The notes below the pieces were generated by a model. The model saw only the letters and a list, made by a program, of their open reading frames with translations, was not told the DNA's origin and made no database searches. DNA of 24,000 nt, from contig NZ_JAJTWW010000003.1 of NCBI RefSeq assembly GCF_021729135.1, forward strand, positions 195,537-219,536, read 5' to 3'. Within the stretch, counting starts at the first letter, position 1; each line of letters begins with the position of its first letter. The DNA is from Brevibacterium daeguense. GTDB lineage: Bacteria > Actinomycetota > Actinomycetes > Actinomycetales > Brevibacteriaceae. Position numbers and translations under genes: made by a program. Positions 7,174 through 14,608 of this stretch are shown here, piece by piece.

Positions 7174-9561
7174 ATGAAGGCTTCGGACCGGCCGATGGCA
7201 GCCGACTCCCATGATACGATCCGCGTTCTCGGCGCCCGCGAGAACAATCTTCGAGGCATCAGCATCGAGATCCCGAAGCGACGGCTGACCGTCTTCACAG
7301 GCGTATCCGGATCGGGCAAGAGCTCGCTGGTGTTCAACACCATCGCCGCCGAGTCACAGCGGCTGATCAACGAGACCTACAGCGCGTTCGTGCAGGGGTT
7401 CATGCCGACACTGGCCCGTCCGGACGTGGACGTCCTCGACGGCCTCACGACCGCCATCACCGTCGACCAGCAGCGCATGGGCGCTGACCCGCGGTCGACT
7501 GTGGGAACCGCCACCGACGCCTACGCGATGCTGCGCATCCTATTCAGCCGCCTCGGCGACCCGCACATCGGCTCCGCGCAGGCATTCTCGTTCAACGTCG
7601 CCTCGATCAGCGGGGCCGGCGCGGTGACCTTCGAGAAGGCGGGCAGGAAGGTCAAGGAGCGCAGGGACTTCTCGATCGTCGGCGGCATGTGCCCACGCTG
7701 CGAGGGCAGGGGAGAGGTCAGTGATTTCGACCTCAGCCAACTCTACGACGATTCGAAGTCGCTGTCGGAAGGGCCTTTCACCATCCCGGGCTGGGGTGCG
7801 GAGGGGTGGTACGGCAGGATCTACAGCGGCACCGACTTCCTTGATCCGAACAGGCCGATCAGGGACTTCACGGAAGAAGAGCTCAACGATCTGCTGTACA
7901 AGGAGCCGACGAAGATCAAGGTCGACGGGATCAATCTGACTTACGAGGGGATCATCCCGAAGATCCGGAAGTCGTTCCTGTCGAAGGACCGCGAGGCGAT
8001 GCAGCCCCATATCCGAGCCTTCGTCGATCGAGCCATCGTGTTCCGGGTGTGCCCGGACTGCAGAGGAACCCGGCTCAGCGACCTCGCCCGATCCTCGAAG
8101 ATCAGCGGCATGAGCATTGCTGATCTGACCACCATGCAGATCAGCGAACTCGCGGACTGGCTTCGCGAGCTCGACGCGCCCGCGGTGGCTCCGCTGTTGG
8201 ACAGCCTGCAGCACACGCTCGATTCGTTCGTGCGGATCGGGCTCGGATACCTGTCCCTGAATCGGCCGGCGGGCACGCTGTCCGGTGGCGAGGCGCAGCG
8301 AACCAGGATGATCCGCCACCTCGGGTCGTCGCTGACCGATGTCACGTACGTGTTCGACGAACCCACCACGGGCCTGCACGCGCACGACATCGAGCGGATG
8401 AACGAGCTGCTGCTGGAACTGCGGGACAAGGGCAACACCGTGCTGGTCGTGGAGCACAAGCCCGAGGTGATCGACATCGCTGATCATGTCATCGACCTGG
8501 GCCCGGGCGCGGGCGCGGCCGGGGGAGAGGTGTGCTTCCAGGGGACGGTCGACGGGCTGCGCAGCAGCGCCACCGTCACCGGTCGCCGTCTTGACGACCG
8601 CGCAGCGCTCAAGGACAGCGTGCGTGCTCCCTCCGGGGTCCTCGAGATCCGCGGTGCCTCGCTGCACAATCTGCGCGAGGTCGACGTCGATGTGCCACTC
8701 GGAGTCCTGGTCGTCCTGACCGGCGTCGCGGGGTCGGGGAAGAGCTCGCTCGTGACCAGCTCGATGGCCGGGCGCGACGGCGTCGTCGTCGTCGACCAGA
8801 GCGCGATCAAAGGCTCGCGCCGCAGCAACCCCGCAACGTACACCGGCCTTCTCGATCCGATCCGCAAGGCCTTCGCGAAGGCCACCGGGGTCAAACCGGC
8901 GCTCTTCAGCGCGAACTCCGAGGGCGCCTGTCCGGCGTGCAAGGGCGCCGGAGTGATCTACACCGACCTGGGCATCATGGCGGACATGGCCGTACCCTGC
9001 GAGGAATGCGAAGGTCGCAGATTTCGGCCGAGTGTTCTCGGGTACACCTTCGGGGGACGCAGCATCGTCGATGTCCTGGAGATGTCGGTCACCGAGGCAG
9101 GGGAGTTCTTCGCCGCTGGGGAGTCGCGGATTCCGGCAGCCCACAGGATCCTCCGACGCCTGGCGGACGTCGGTCTGGGCTATCTGCGGATCGGCCAGCC
9201 GTTGACGACTCTGTCCGGGGGAGAGCGCCAGCGGCTCAAGCTTGCCACGCAGATGGCCGAGAAGGGCGAGATGTACGTTCTCGACGAGCCGACCGCCGGG
9301 CTCCACCTGGCCGATGTCGGGCAGCTGCTGGCGCTGCTGGACCGACTCGTCGACGACGGCAGGTCCGTAGTGGTCATCGAGCACCACCAGGCAGTCATGG
9401 CCCATGCCGACTGGATCATCGATCTGGGACCGGGAGCCGGGCATGACGGCGGCCGAGTGGTGTTCGCCGGCCTGCCCGGCGACCTGGTCGCCGAGCGTTC
9501 CACGCTCACCGGTCGCCACCTCGCTGACTACGTGGGAGCGGAGTCGCCCAGTCATCAGTGA
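7174..9561 (+). CDS. UvrA-family ABC ATPase paralogue (class II / UvrA2-like, no UvrB-binding domain)
   Basis: 795 aa. IRVLGARENNLRGISIEIPKRRLTVFTGVSGSGKSSLVFNTIAAESQR; two Walker A sites (GVSGSGKSS, GVAGSGKSS); two ABC signatures (LSGGEAQR, LSGGERQR); Zn modules CPRCEGRG, CPDCRGTR, CPACKGAG...CEECEGRR. After RILFSRLG the sequence runs directly into AFSFN, so the roughly 140-aa UvrB-binding insert of canonical UvrA is missing. Confidence 0.85.
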   Translation: MKASDRPMAADSHDTIRVLGARENNLRGISIEIPKRRLTVFTGVSGSGKSSLVFNTIAAESQRLINETYSAFVQGFMPTLARPDVDVLDGLTTAITVDQQRMGADPRSTVGTATDAYAMLRILFSRLGDPHIGSAQAFSFNVASISGAGAVTFEKAGRKVKERRDFSIVGGMCPRCEGRGEVSDFDLSQLYDDSKSLSEGPFTIPGWGAEGWYGRIYSGTDFLDPNRPIRDFTEEELNDLLYKEPTKIKVDGINLTYEGIIPKIRKSFLSKDREAMQPHIRAFVDRAIVFRVCPDCRGTRLSDLARSSKISGMSIADLTTMQISELADWLRELDAPAVAPLLDSLQHTLDSFVRIGLGYLSLNRPAGTLSGGEAQRTRMIRHLGSSLTDVTYVFDEPTTGLHAHDIERMNELLLELRDKGNTVLVVEHKPEVIDIADHVIDLGPGAGAAGGEVCFQGTVDGLRSSATVTGRRLDDRAALKDSVRAPSGVLEIRGASLHNLREVDVDVPLGVLVVLTGVAGSGKSSLVTSSMAGRDGVVVVDQSAIKGSRRSNPATYTGLLDPIRKAFAKATGVKPALFSANSEGACPACKGAGVIYTDLGIMADMAVPCEECEGRRFRPSVLGYTFGGRSIVDVLEMSVTEAGEFFAAGESRIPAAHRILRRLADVGLGYLRIGQPLTTLSGGERQRLKLATQMAEKGEMYVLDEPTAGLHLADVGQLLALLDRLVDDGRSVVVIEHHQAVMAHADWIIDLGPGAGHDGGRVVFAGLPGDLVAERSTLTGRHLADYVGAESPSHQ

Positions 9562-9599
9562 CGGGCCGCTGATCGAACTCCCAGACGCGGGGGAGTCGC

Positions 9600-9846
9600 T
9601 CCGGTTTCGCAATCGAAGCATTTCCGTTACCGTCGGTAACGGCTTGATAACAGCCCGCTCGGGGAGTACCGGGTGAGGCGGTGTCGCTGCCAGCGGCGCT
9701 GTCACCGACAGAACACGCTGCGCCGATCGGAGCCGCCCTCGGGGCGACACGGCGTTCAGCGCACGCAACCCACCGAAGCGCACGACGGCAGGTGTCCGGG
9801 CGCTCAGCCCGCGACCGGCAGAGTCGTCTCATCGCCGTGTGCGGCC
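9600..9846 (+). promoter_or_regulatory. Candidate structured 5' leader of rpf; possibly a c-di-AMP (ydaO-class) riboswitch
   Basis: Roughly 300-nt non-coding gap before rpf. It contains two similar half-modules: gcAATCgaagc (9609-9619) with CTCGGGGAGTACCGG (9658-9672), and gccGATCggagc (9722-9733) with CTCGGGGCGACACGG (9738-9752). An ACCCACCGAAGC string follows at about 9768. This loosely recalls the pseudo-two-fold ydaO architecture (AAUC ... GGGGA.ACC twice, ACCCGA). I could not find the canonical CAGCUAACCUCGUAAGCG 3' segment. Confidence 0.35.
9624..9642 (+). other. Short perfect hairpin downstream of the uvrA-like gene
   Basis: ccgttacc-gtc-ggtaacgg, an 8-bp stem with a 3-nt loop. It could be a weak terminator or part of the rpf leader structure. 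Confidence 0.35.
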
Positions 9847-9862
9847 AAGGAGAAGATTCACT

Positions 9863-10486
9863 GTGAACATCGTTGGAACCAGCTTTCGCGCCCTCGGACT
9901 GATCGGCGGCGCCGGCGCACTGGCGGCGGCCGGCCTGCTGAGCACCGGAGCCCCGGCACAGGCGGAGACGGTCTGGGATCGAGTCGCCGAGTGCGAGTCC
10001 GGGGGAGACTGGAGCATCAACACCGGCAACGGCTACTACGGCGGGCTCCAGTTCTCACCGAGCACCTGGGAGGCGTTCGGCGGAGAGGGCATGCCGCACG
10101 AAGCCAGCAAGGCGGAGCAGATCCGCGTGGCGCAGAACACGCTGGAGGGACAGGGTCCGGGTGCGTGGCCGGTGTGCAGCGGTGAGGCCGGACTCACGAA
10201 GGACAACGGCGCGGCCGAAGGCGCCGGTGCCGAGACCGGATCAGAGGACGGCGCGGCGATCGGCGGCTCGGACGGCACGGAGTCGGGCGACAGTGCCGAC
10301 AGCGGCGCCTCGGGCATTTCCGCAGCCGACCCGGCATCCACGATCACCGTGGAGGCCGGTGACACTCTGTACCGGATCGCCGTCGACAATGGCATCGAAT
10401 GGGAGGACCTCTACGAGGCCAACAAGGACGAACTGGCCAATCCCGAGACCATCTCGGTCGGTCAGGAGCTGAAGCTTCCGAACTGA
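9863..10486 (+). CDS. rpf: Resuscitation-promoting factor with C-terminal LysM domain (secreted muralytic enzyme)
   Basis: Signal peptide ...[10 protein letters not shown]|ETVWD. Rpf domain [37 protein letters not shown]...[19 protein letters not shown]. Acidic Gly/Ser linker. Lys[49 protein letters not shown] prefer GTG 9863 (AAGGAGAAG RBS at 9847-9855) over the track's GTG 9839, which has no RBS. Confidence 0.9.
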   Translation: MNIVGTSFRALGLIGGAGALAAAGLLSTGAPAQAETVWDRVAECESGGDWSINTGNGYYGGLQFSPSTWEAFGGEGMPHEASKAEQIRVAQNTLEGQGPGAWPVCSGEAGLTKDNGAAEGAGAETGSEDGAAIGGSDGTESGDSADSGASGISAADPASTITVEAGDTLYRIAVDNGIEWEDLYEANKDELANPETISVGQELKLPN

Positions 10487-10516
10487 CTGCGGTGGGAGTG
10501 CTGCAAGATATTGCAG

Positions 10517-10560
10517 GCGCAGCAGGCGTGGAGTCACCGACATCTCCACGCCTGCTGCGC
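10517..10560 (+). terminator. Hairpin terminator after rpf
   Basis: Perfect 17-bp arms gcgcagcaggcgtggag (10517-10533) and ctccacgcctgctgcgc (10544-10560) with a 10-nt loop. It is preceded by a small ctgcaa-gata-ttgcag hairpin (10501-10516). Confidence 0.6.
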
Positions 10561-10808
10561 GGCCGGCATGCCACTCGTGTCGGGTCATGCCAGATGTCTC
10601 CGCGAAGCCCCGAATGCTCTTGGCGATCGGTGAGAACCAGACTTCGAAGGAAAGCCGATAATATACATTATGTTAACTTGACCGCGGGAAGCGGCAGGAA
10701 GGGCCCGAACCGTGCTTGCCCACCGCTTCTCAGAGAGCCTCCCGCCTCCGCGCTAGGAGTGCGCGACCGGCCTTTCTGCGAAGCATCACGCGCTGCGAAG
10801 GATCACAT

Positions 10809-10847
10809 GAAGAACCCGCCCTGCCGGTGTCGACAGAACGGGTTCTC
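10809..10847 (-). terminator. Hairpin terminator of the small membrane-peptide gene
   Basis: On the minus-strand RNA, gagaacccguucug pairs with cagggcggguucuu over about 14 bp including G-U pairs, with a 10-nt loop. The G-U pairs become C-A mismatches on the plus-strand RNA, so the structure is strand-biased toward the minus transcript. It starts 16 nt after the stop at 10864. Confidence 0.5.
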
Positions 10848-10863
10848 AGCTGGTGCTGGGATG

Positions 10864-11004
10864 TCAGGAGTTCCGCAGCTCCCGGAGTTCCTCTTCGGTG
10901 TAGGCCGACTTGCGGTCGGCCGACGGCAGCAGAACGATCGCCAGCACCGGAGCGAACATCATGCCCGCAACGATGAGGAACGAGATCAGCTGGTCAATCA
11001 TCAT
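10864..11004 (-). CDS. Small membrane peptide (46 aa), unlisted in the ORF track
   Basis: My translation: MMIDQLISFLIVAGMMFAPVLAIVLLPSADRKSAYTEEELRELRNS. One clear TM helix followed by a charged tail. RBS GGAAGGTGAAG ends 4 nt before the ATGATG. Nearly all third positions are G/C, unlike the antisense frame. It has a dedicated downstream hairpin. Confidence 0.55.
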   Translation of the reverse strand: MMIDQLISFLIVAGMMFAPVLAIVLLPSADRKSAYTEEELRELRNS

Positions 11005-11125
11005 AGGCTTCACCTTCCACAGAGAACATTCCGTGCCATCCTAGCTCAGTGAATCGGTCCCGGTCGGATGGCCGGGCCGACTCCTGCCGTCCGACTGATC
11101 CGCTGTCGAGGCGGCCGTCGAGGAG

Positions 11126-11857
11126 TCAGTCCGAGCCGGGCACTGCGCAGCCGTCCGGACCACACGCCTGGGCGTCCTGCTGCCCGGCGAAGGTCTTGAG
11201 CTTCGGACCCGCATGGTTCTCCTGCCACACCTGCTCCAGCGCCTGCGAGAAGAGCTCGCTCGGCTGCGCGCCGGAGATCCCGTACTGCTGGTCGAGCACG
11301 AAGAACGGCACGCCGCTGATGCCCATCTGGGCAGCGGCGTCCCGATCGGCCTGCACAGCCCGCGCCACGGTCGGGTCCGTCAGCGCGGTGCGCACCTCGT
11401 CGGCGTCCAAGCCCACGGCCGCACCGGTCGCAGCCAGGAAATCCTCGTCGGAGATGACTTCACCGGCTGAGAAGTGCGCCTCGAACAGCGCGTCCTCGAG
11501 GGCACCGACATCGGCGCCCTTCGCCTCCGCGAATTTCAGCAGGGCGTGCGCCTTGAGTGATGACGCCGGGACCACGGCGGCGAAGTCGAAGTGGAGCCCC
11601 TCCCCTGCGCCCTGCTCGGCGACATGGCTGGTCATCGCCAGCACCTGCTCGCGTGGCATCCCCTTGCGCTCGGAGAGGTAGTCGATCTCGTTGCCCTCGA
11701 AGCGCTCCGGGAGATCCGGGTCGAGCACATAGGAGTGCCACACCACGTCGACGTCGTCCCGGTGGGCGAAGCCCGCCAGCGCCGTGTCGAACCGGGCCTT
11801 GCCGATGCGGCACCAGGGGCAGGCGATATCGGACCAGATGTCTACGCGCAGAGTCAT
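11126..11857 (-). CDS. DsbA-family (FrnE-like) thiol-disulfide oxidoreductase
   Basis: 243 aa. VDIWSDIACPWCRIGKARFDTAL (CPWC active site at the start of the thioredoxin fold) and C-terminal GISGVPFFVLDQQYGISGAQP, typical of DSBA-like FrnE/HCCA-isomerase family proteins. No signal peptide, so likely cytoplasmic. Confidence 0.8.
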   Translation of the reverse strand: MTLRVDIWSDIACPWCRIGKARFDTALAGFAHRDDVDVVWHSYVLDPDLPERFEGNEIDYLSERKGMPREQVLAMTSHVAEQGAGEGLHFDFAAVVPASSLKAHALLKFAEAKGADVGALEDALFEAHFSAGEVISDEDFLAATGAAVGLDADEVRTALTDPTVARAVQADRDAAAQMGISGVPFFVLDQQYGISGAQPSELFSQALEQVWQENHAGPKLKTFAGQQDAQACGPDGCAVPGSD

Positions 11858-11928
11858 GCAGCCAGTCTAGTGCTCGCCGTTAGGCGCAGTGCTCGGCCCT
11901 GCGTGCATCGGGAGTTCACCTGGCTCAC

Positions 11929-13488
11929 ATGTCGGGGCGGTACCTTCTGGCCATGCTCGGAATCGACTTCGGCACCACCCGCACTGTCGTCGCCTTTCCC
12001 GACCGCGGAAGCTATCCGGTGGTCGGCTTCGAGACCGACGACGGCGACGTGTTCGACGGGATCCCCAGCCTCGTGGCGCTCGCCGGCGGCGAGCTCGTGT
12101 ACGGATTCTCCGCTGCCGAGGCGGCCGCCGCGGGAGCGCCGGTGCTCCGGTCCCTCAAACGCCGGCTCTCCAGGCCCGAGTTGGCCCCGGACGACGTCGT
12201 CGAGCTCGGCGGGCAGGAGTACCGGCTCGTCGATCTGCTCACCGGGTTCCTCACGGAGGTGCGCCGCCTGCTGGCAGTGTCGTCGACGCTGCCGGAAGCT
12301 CTCGTCGGCGACTGGGTGGCCGCGGTCGCGATTCCCGCCCACTCGCTGAGCACCGCACGGTTTCTGACGCTGGAGGCCTTCACCGGGGCGGGCTTCGACG
12401 TCCGCCGTGTGCTGCACGAGCCCTCCGCGGCCGGATTCGAGTACAGCCATCGGTACGCTCGCACCCTGTCCTCGCGCCGGCACGAGGTGCTCGTGTACGA
12501 CCTCGGCGGCGGCACGTTCGACGCTTCGCTCATCGATGTCGACGACACCCACCACTCCGTCCGTGCGACTTCCGGTGACCCGCACCTCGGCGGCGACTGC
12601 TTCGATGATGTCCTGGTCGAACTGGTCCTGGATCAGGCAGAGCTGGCACGGGCGGACCTGTCCCCTGCCGAGCTCGACCGTCTGACCGAGGACGCTCGGC
12701 TGGCAAAGGAGCAGCTCCACCCCAACTCCCGGCGGCTGCTGCTCCACCTGCGCGACGTGGATCACACCCTGGAGGTCGCCGACTTCTATGCGGCCTGCGC
12801 TCCCCTGCTCGACCGTGCGCTCGCCGCTGCGGCTCCCCTGGTGCGCGGGCTCTCCAGCGGCGAGTCCCGCGACTCCTCCGTCGCCGGTCTGCATCTGGTG
12901 GGCGGCGCGAGCAGGCTGCCGATCGTCGCCCGGTCGCTGCGCGAGTCCTTCGGCCGGCGGGTGCACCGCGCCCCGCAGCCCCATGCCTCCACGGCCATCG
13001 GTCTGGCGATCGCCCTCGATCCCGACCGCGGCTTCTCCCTCGAGGAGACCCTGGGGCACGGCCTCGGCGTCTATCGGGAGGAGGCGGCGGGGGCGGACAT
13101 CGTCTTCGACGTCATCGTCCCGTCCGACTCCCCGGCTTCCGCCGCCTTGGCGGCACCGATCGTCCGACGGTATCGCGCCCAGCACACCGTCGGGGTCTAC
13201 CGCCTCGTGGAATTCTCCCGCCTCGACGAGCAGGGCTTTCCGATCGGCACCTATCAGACCCTGGCCACGATTCGATTTCCGCTCGATCCCGCCCTGACAG
13301 TCGCCGAGGCGCAGGATGCGCCGGTGCGGCAGGCCGGACCGGGAGCCGAGATCACGGAGAGCTACCGGCTCGAACCCGACGGCTCCTTCGCCGTCACCCT
13401 GCGCAACGAGGAGTCCGGGGCCGAACTCCTCGAGCGCTTCTCCCCCACCGCGCTGTCCGATTCCCGCCGGGAGCCGCCGCAGAGCTGA
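11929..13488 (+). CDS. Atypical Hsp70-family ATPase (actin-fold NBD with non-canonical C-terminal domain)
   Basis: MLGIDFGTTRTVVA (phosphate-1), VYDLGGGTFDASLI (phosphate-2), LHLVGGASRLPIV (adenosine motif) and HASTAIGLAIA give a complete Hsp70-type nucleotide-binding domain. The last roughly 150 aa do not resemble the DnaK substrate-binding domain or lid as I know them. Alternative start ATG 11953. Confidence 0.8.
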   Translation: MSGRYLLAMLGIDFGTTRTVVAFPDRGSYPVVGFETDDGDVFDGIPSLVALAGGELVYGFSAAEAAAAGAPVLRSLKRRLSRPELAPDDVVELGGQEYRLVDLLTGFLTEVRRLLAVSSTLPEALVGDWVAAVAIPAHSLSTARFLTLEAFTGAGFDVRRVLHEPSAAGFEYSHRYARTLSSRRHEVLVYDLGGGTFDASLIDVDDTHHSVRATSGDPHLGGDCFDDVLVELVLDQAELARADLSPAELDRLTEDARLAKEQLHPNSRRLLLHLRDVDHTLEVADFYAACAPLLDRALAAAAPLVRGLSSGESRDSSVAGLHLVGGASRLPIVARSLRESFGRRVHRAPQPHASTAIGLAIALDPDRGFSLEETLGHGLGVYREEAAGADIVFDVIVPSDSPASAALAAPIVRRYRAQHTVGVYRLVEFSRLDEQGFPIGTYQTLATIRFPLDPALTVAEAQDAPVRQAGPGAEITESYRLEPDGSFAVTLRNEESGAELLERFSPTALSDSRREPPQS

Positions 13489-13495
13489 GCGCGCC

Positions 13496-14428
13496 TCAGG
13501 CGAGGAGCCGGAATCCGATCGCCAGCACCGGCGGCAGCAGCACCAGCGAGGCCAGCGTCTGCAGGGCGATGATCGCCGCCATCAGCGGGGCGTTGCCGCC
13601 CAGCTGCCGCGACATCACGTACGCACTGCTGGCAGTGGCGATCGACTGGAATACCAGCCCGACCATCGCGGGCTCGCCGGTGATCCCGAACAGCCGCAGC
13701 GAGACCACGGTCACGGCGGGCAGGACCACGAGCTTGACCGCCGAGGAGACCGCCAGTCCCCGACCGTGAGCGCCGATCGAGATCGGCCGCAGCCCGGCTC
13801 CCACACACAGCAGCCCGATCGGCAGCGCTGCCGCCGCCAGCGGATCGAGGACTCCCGAGGCGAGCTCGGGCATTCCGCCGGCCACCAGGCTCCAGGCGAC
13901 ACCGGCAGCACACCCGAGCACCAGTGGATTGAGGACCACAGATCTGAGCAGCGCCAACCAGGAGTGCTTGTCGACGAGGAAGTACTCGAAGACCAGCGCC
14001 GAGGCGATGTTGACCACCGGCACCAGGATCGCGCCGACGATCGCGGCCAGCGCCGCGCCGGATTCGCCGAACAGCGTCGCGGCAACTGACAGCCCGATGT
14101 AGGTGTTGAAGCGGATCGAACCCTGGAACACCGACGTGAACGCGCGCGCATCCGGTGCCGTGGCCCTGTGCGCCGCGATGAGCAGGAGAGACACCGCCAG
14201 GGTGGGGAGCACCAGGGCCGCTGCGAGTGGGCCGATCGAGATCTGCGTCAGATCCACGGTGGCGACATTCCGGAACAGCAGCGTCGGCAGGAGGACGAAG
14301 TAGGCGAGCCGCTCAGCACCCGTCCAGAAGTCCTGGTTGCTGAACAGCGGGGTGCGCTTGAGCCCGAAGCCGAAGGCCAGAAGCGCGGCGACCGGCACCA
14401 GTGCCAGCCCGATCTCGGAGAAACCCAT
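13496..14428 (-). CDS. AEC (auxin efflux carrier) family transporter
   Basis: 310-aa polytopic membrane protein (about 10 hydrophobic segments) with two similar halves. N-terminal ...LKRTPLFSNQDFWTGAERLAYFVLLPTLLF and internal ...LNPLVLGCAAGVAW... strings are typical of the AEC/malate-permease family. Confidence 0.75.
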   Translation of the reverse strand: MGFSEIGLALVPVAALLAFGFGLKRTPLFSNQDFWTGAERLAYFVLLPTLLFRNVATVDLTQISIGPLAAALVLPTLAVSLLLIAAHRATAPDARAFTSVFQGSIRFNTYIGLSVAATLFGESGAALAAIVGAILVPVVNIASALVFEYFLVDKHSWLALLRSVVLNPLVLGCAAGVAWSLVAGGMPELASGVLDPLAAAALPIGLLCVGAGLRPISIGAHGRGLAVSSAVKLVVLPAVTVVSLRLFGITGEPAMVGLVFQSIATASSAYVMSRQLGGNAPLMAAIIALQTLASLVLLPPVLAIGFRLLA

Positions 14429-14522
14429 GACTCCCAGCTTAGGAGGCGCGACGGATCACCCGAACGCGGCCCGACTTCGCCCTGCCGTGGCGGCGGAGAC
14501 ACTCGGAGTTCGCTCGGTGAGG

Positions 14523-14550
14523 ATTGCGCAGCCCGGATTGGGGAATATAC
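14523..14550 (+). promoter_or_regulatory. Putative sigma-70-type promoter of hsp20
   Basis: TTGCGC (14523-14528), 16-nt spacer, TATACT (14545-14550), immediately upstream of the HAIR operator and 59 nt before the hsp20 ATG. Confidence 0.5.
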
Positions 14551-14555
14551 TGAGA

Positions 14556-14576
14556 CTTGAGTGTGTTCGACTCAAT
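14556..14576 (+). promoter_or_regulatory. HspR operator (HAIR: HspR-associated inverted repeat)
   Basis: CTTGAGT-gtgttcg-ACTCAAt matches the HAIR consensus CTTGAGT-N7-ACTCAAG at 13 of 14 arm positions. It lies between the putative -10 and the hsp20 RBS. Confidence 0.75.
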
Positions 14577-14608
14577 GTACCGCAGCATCCAATCGAAAGG
14601 ACAGCAGC

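Noticed and set aside
7078-7212. N-terminal extension of the ferritin ORF (track start 7212)
   Set aside because: The extension has no RBS, would overlap the divergent uvrA-like start and promoter region, and ferritins begin close to the MRLSPTMAEA... position. ATG 7077 has a GAGAGGAA RBS.
7540-9783. 747-aa minus-strand ORF
   Set aside because: It is fully antisense to the UvrA-like gene, whose Walker, signature and zinc motifs are unambiguous. The product is low-complexity and Arg/Gly/Asp-rich with no recognisable domain.
10807-11052. Plus-strand ORF starting at ATG 10807 with an AAGGA 5 nt upstream (part of track ORF 10399..11052)
   Set aside because: It has mixed third-position composition and an implausible His/Arg-rich product. 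It is antisense to the better-supported 46-aa peptide gene, and the ATG lies at the edge of the terminator stem.
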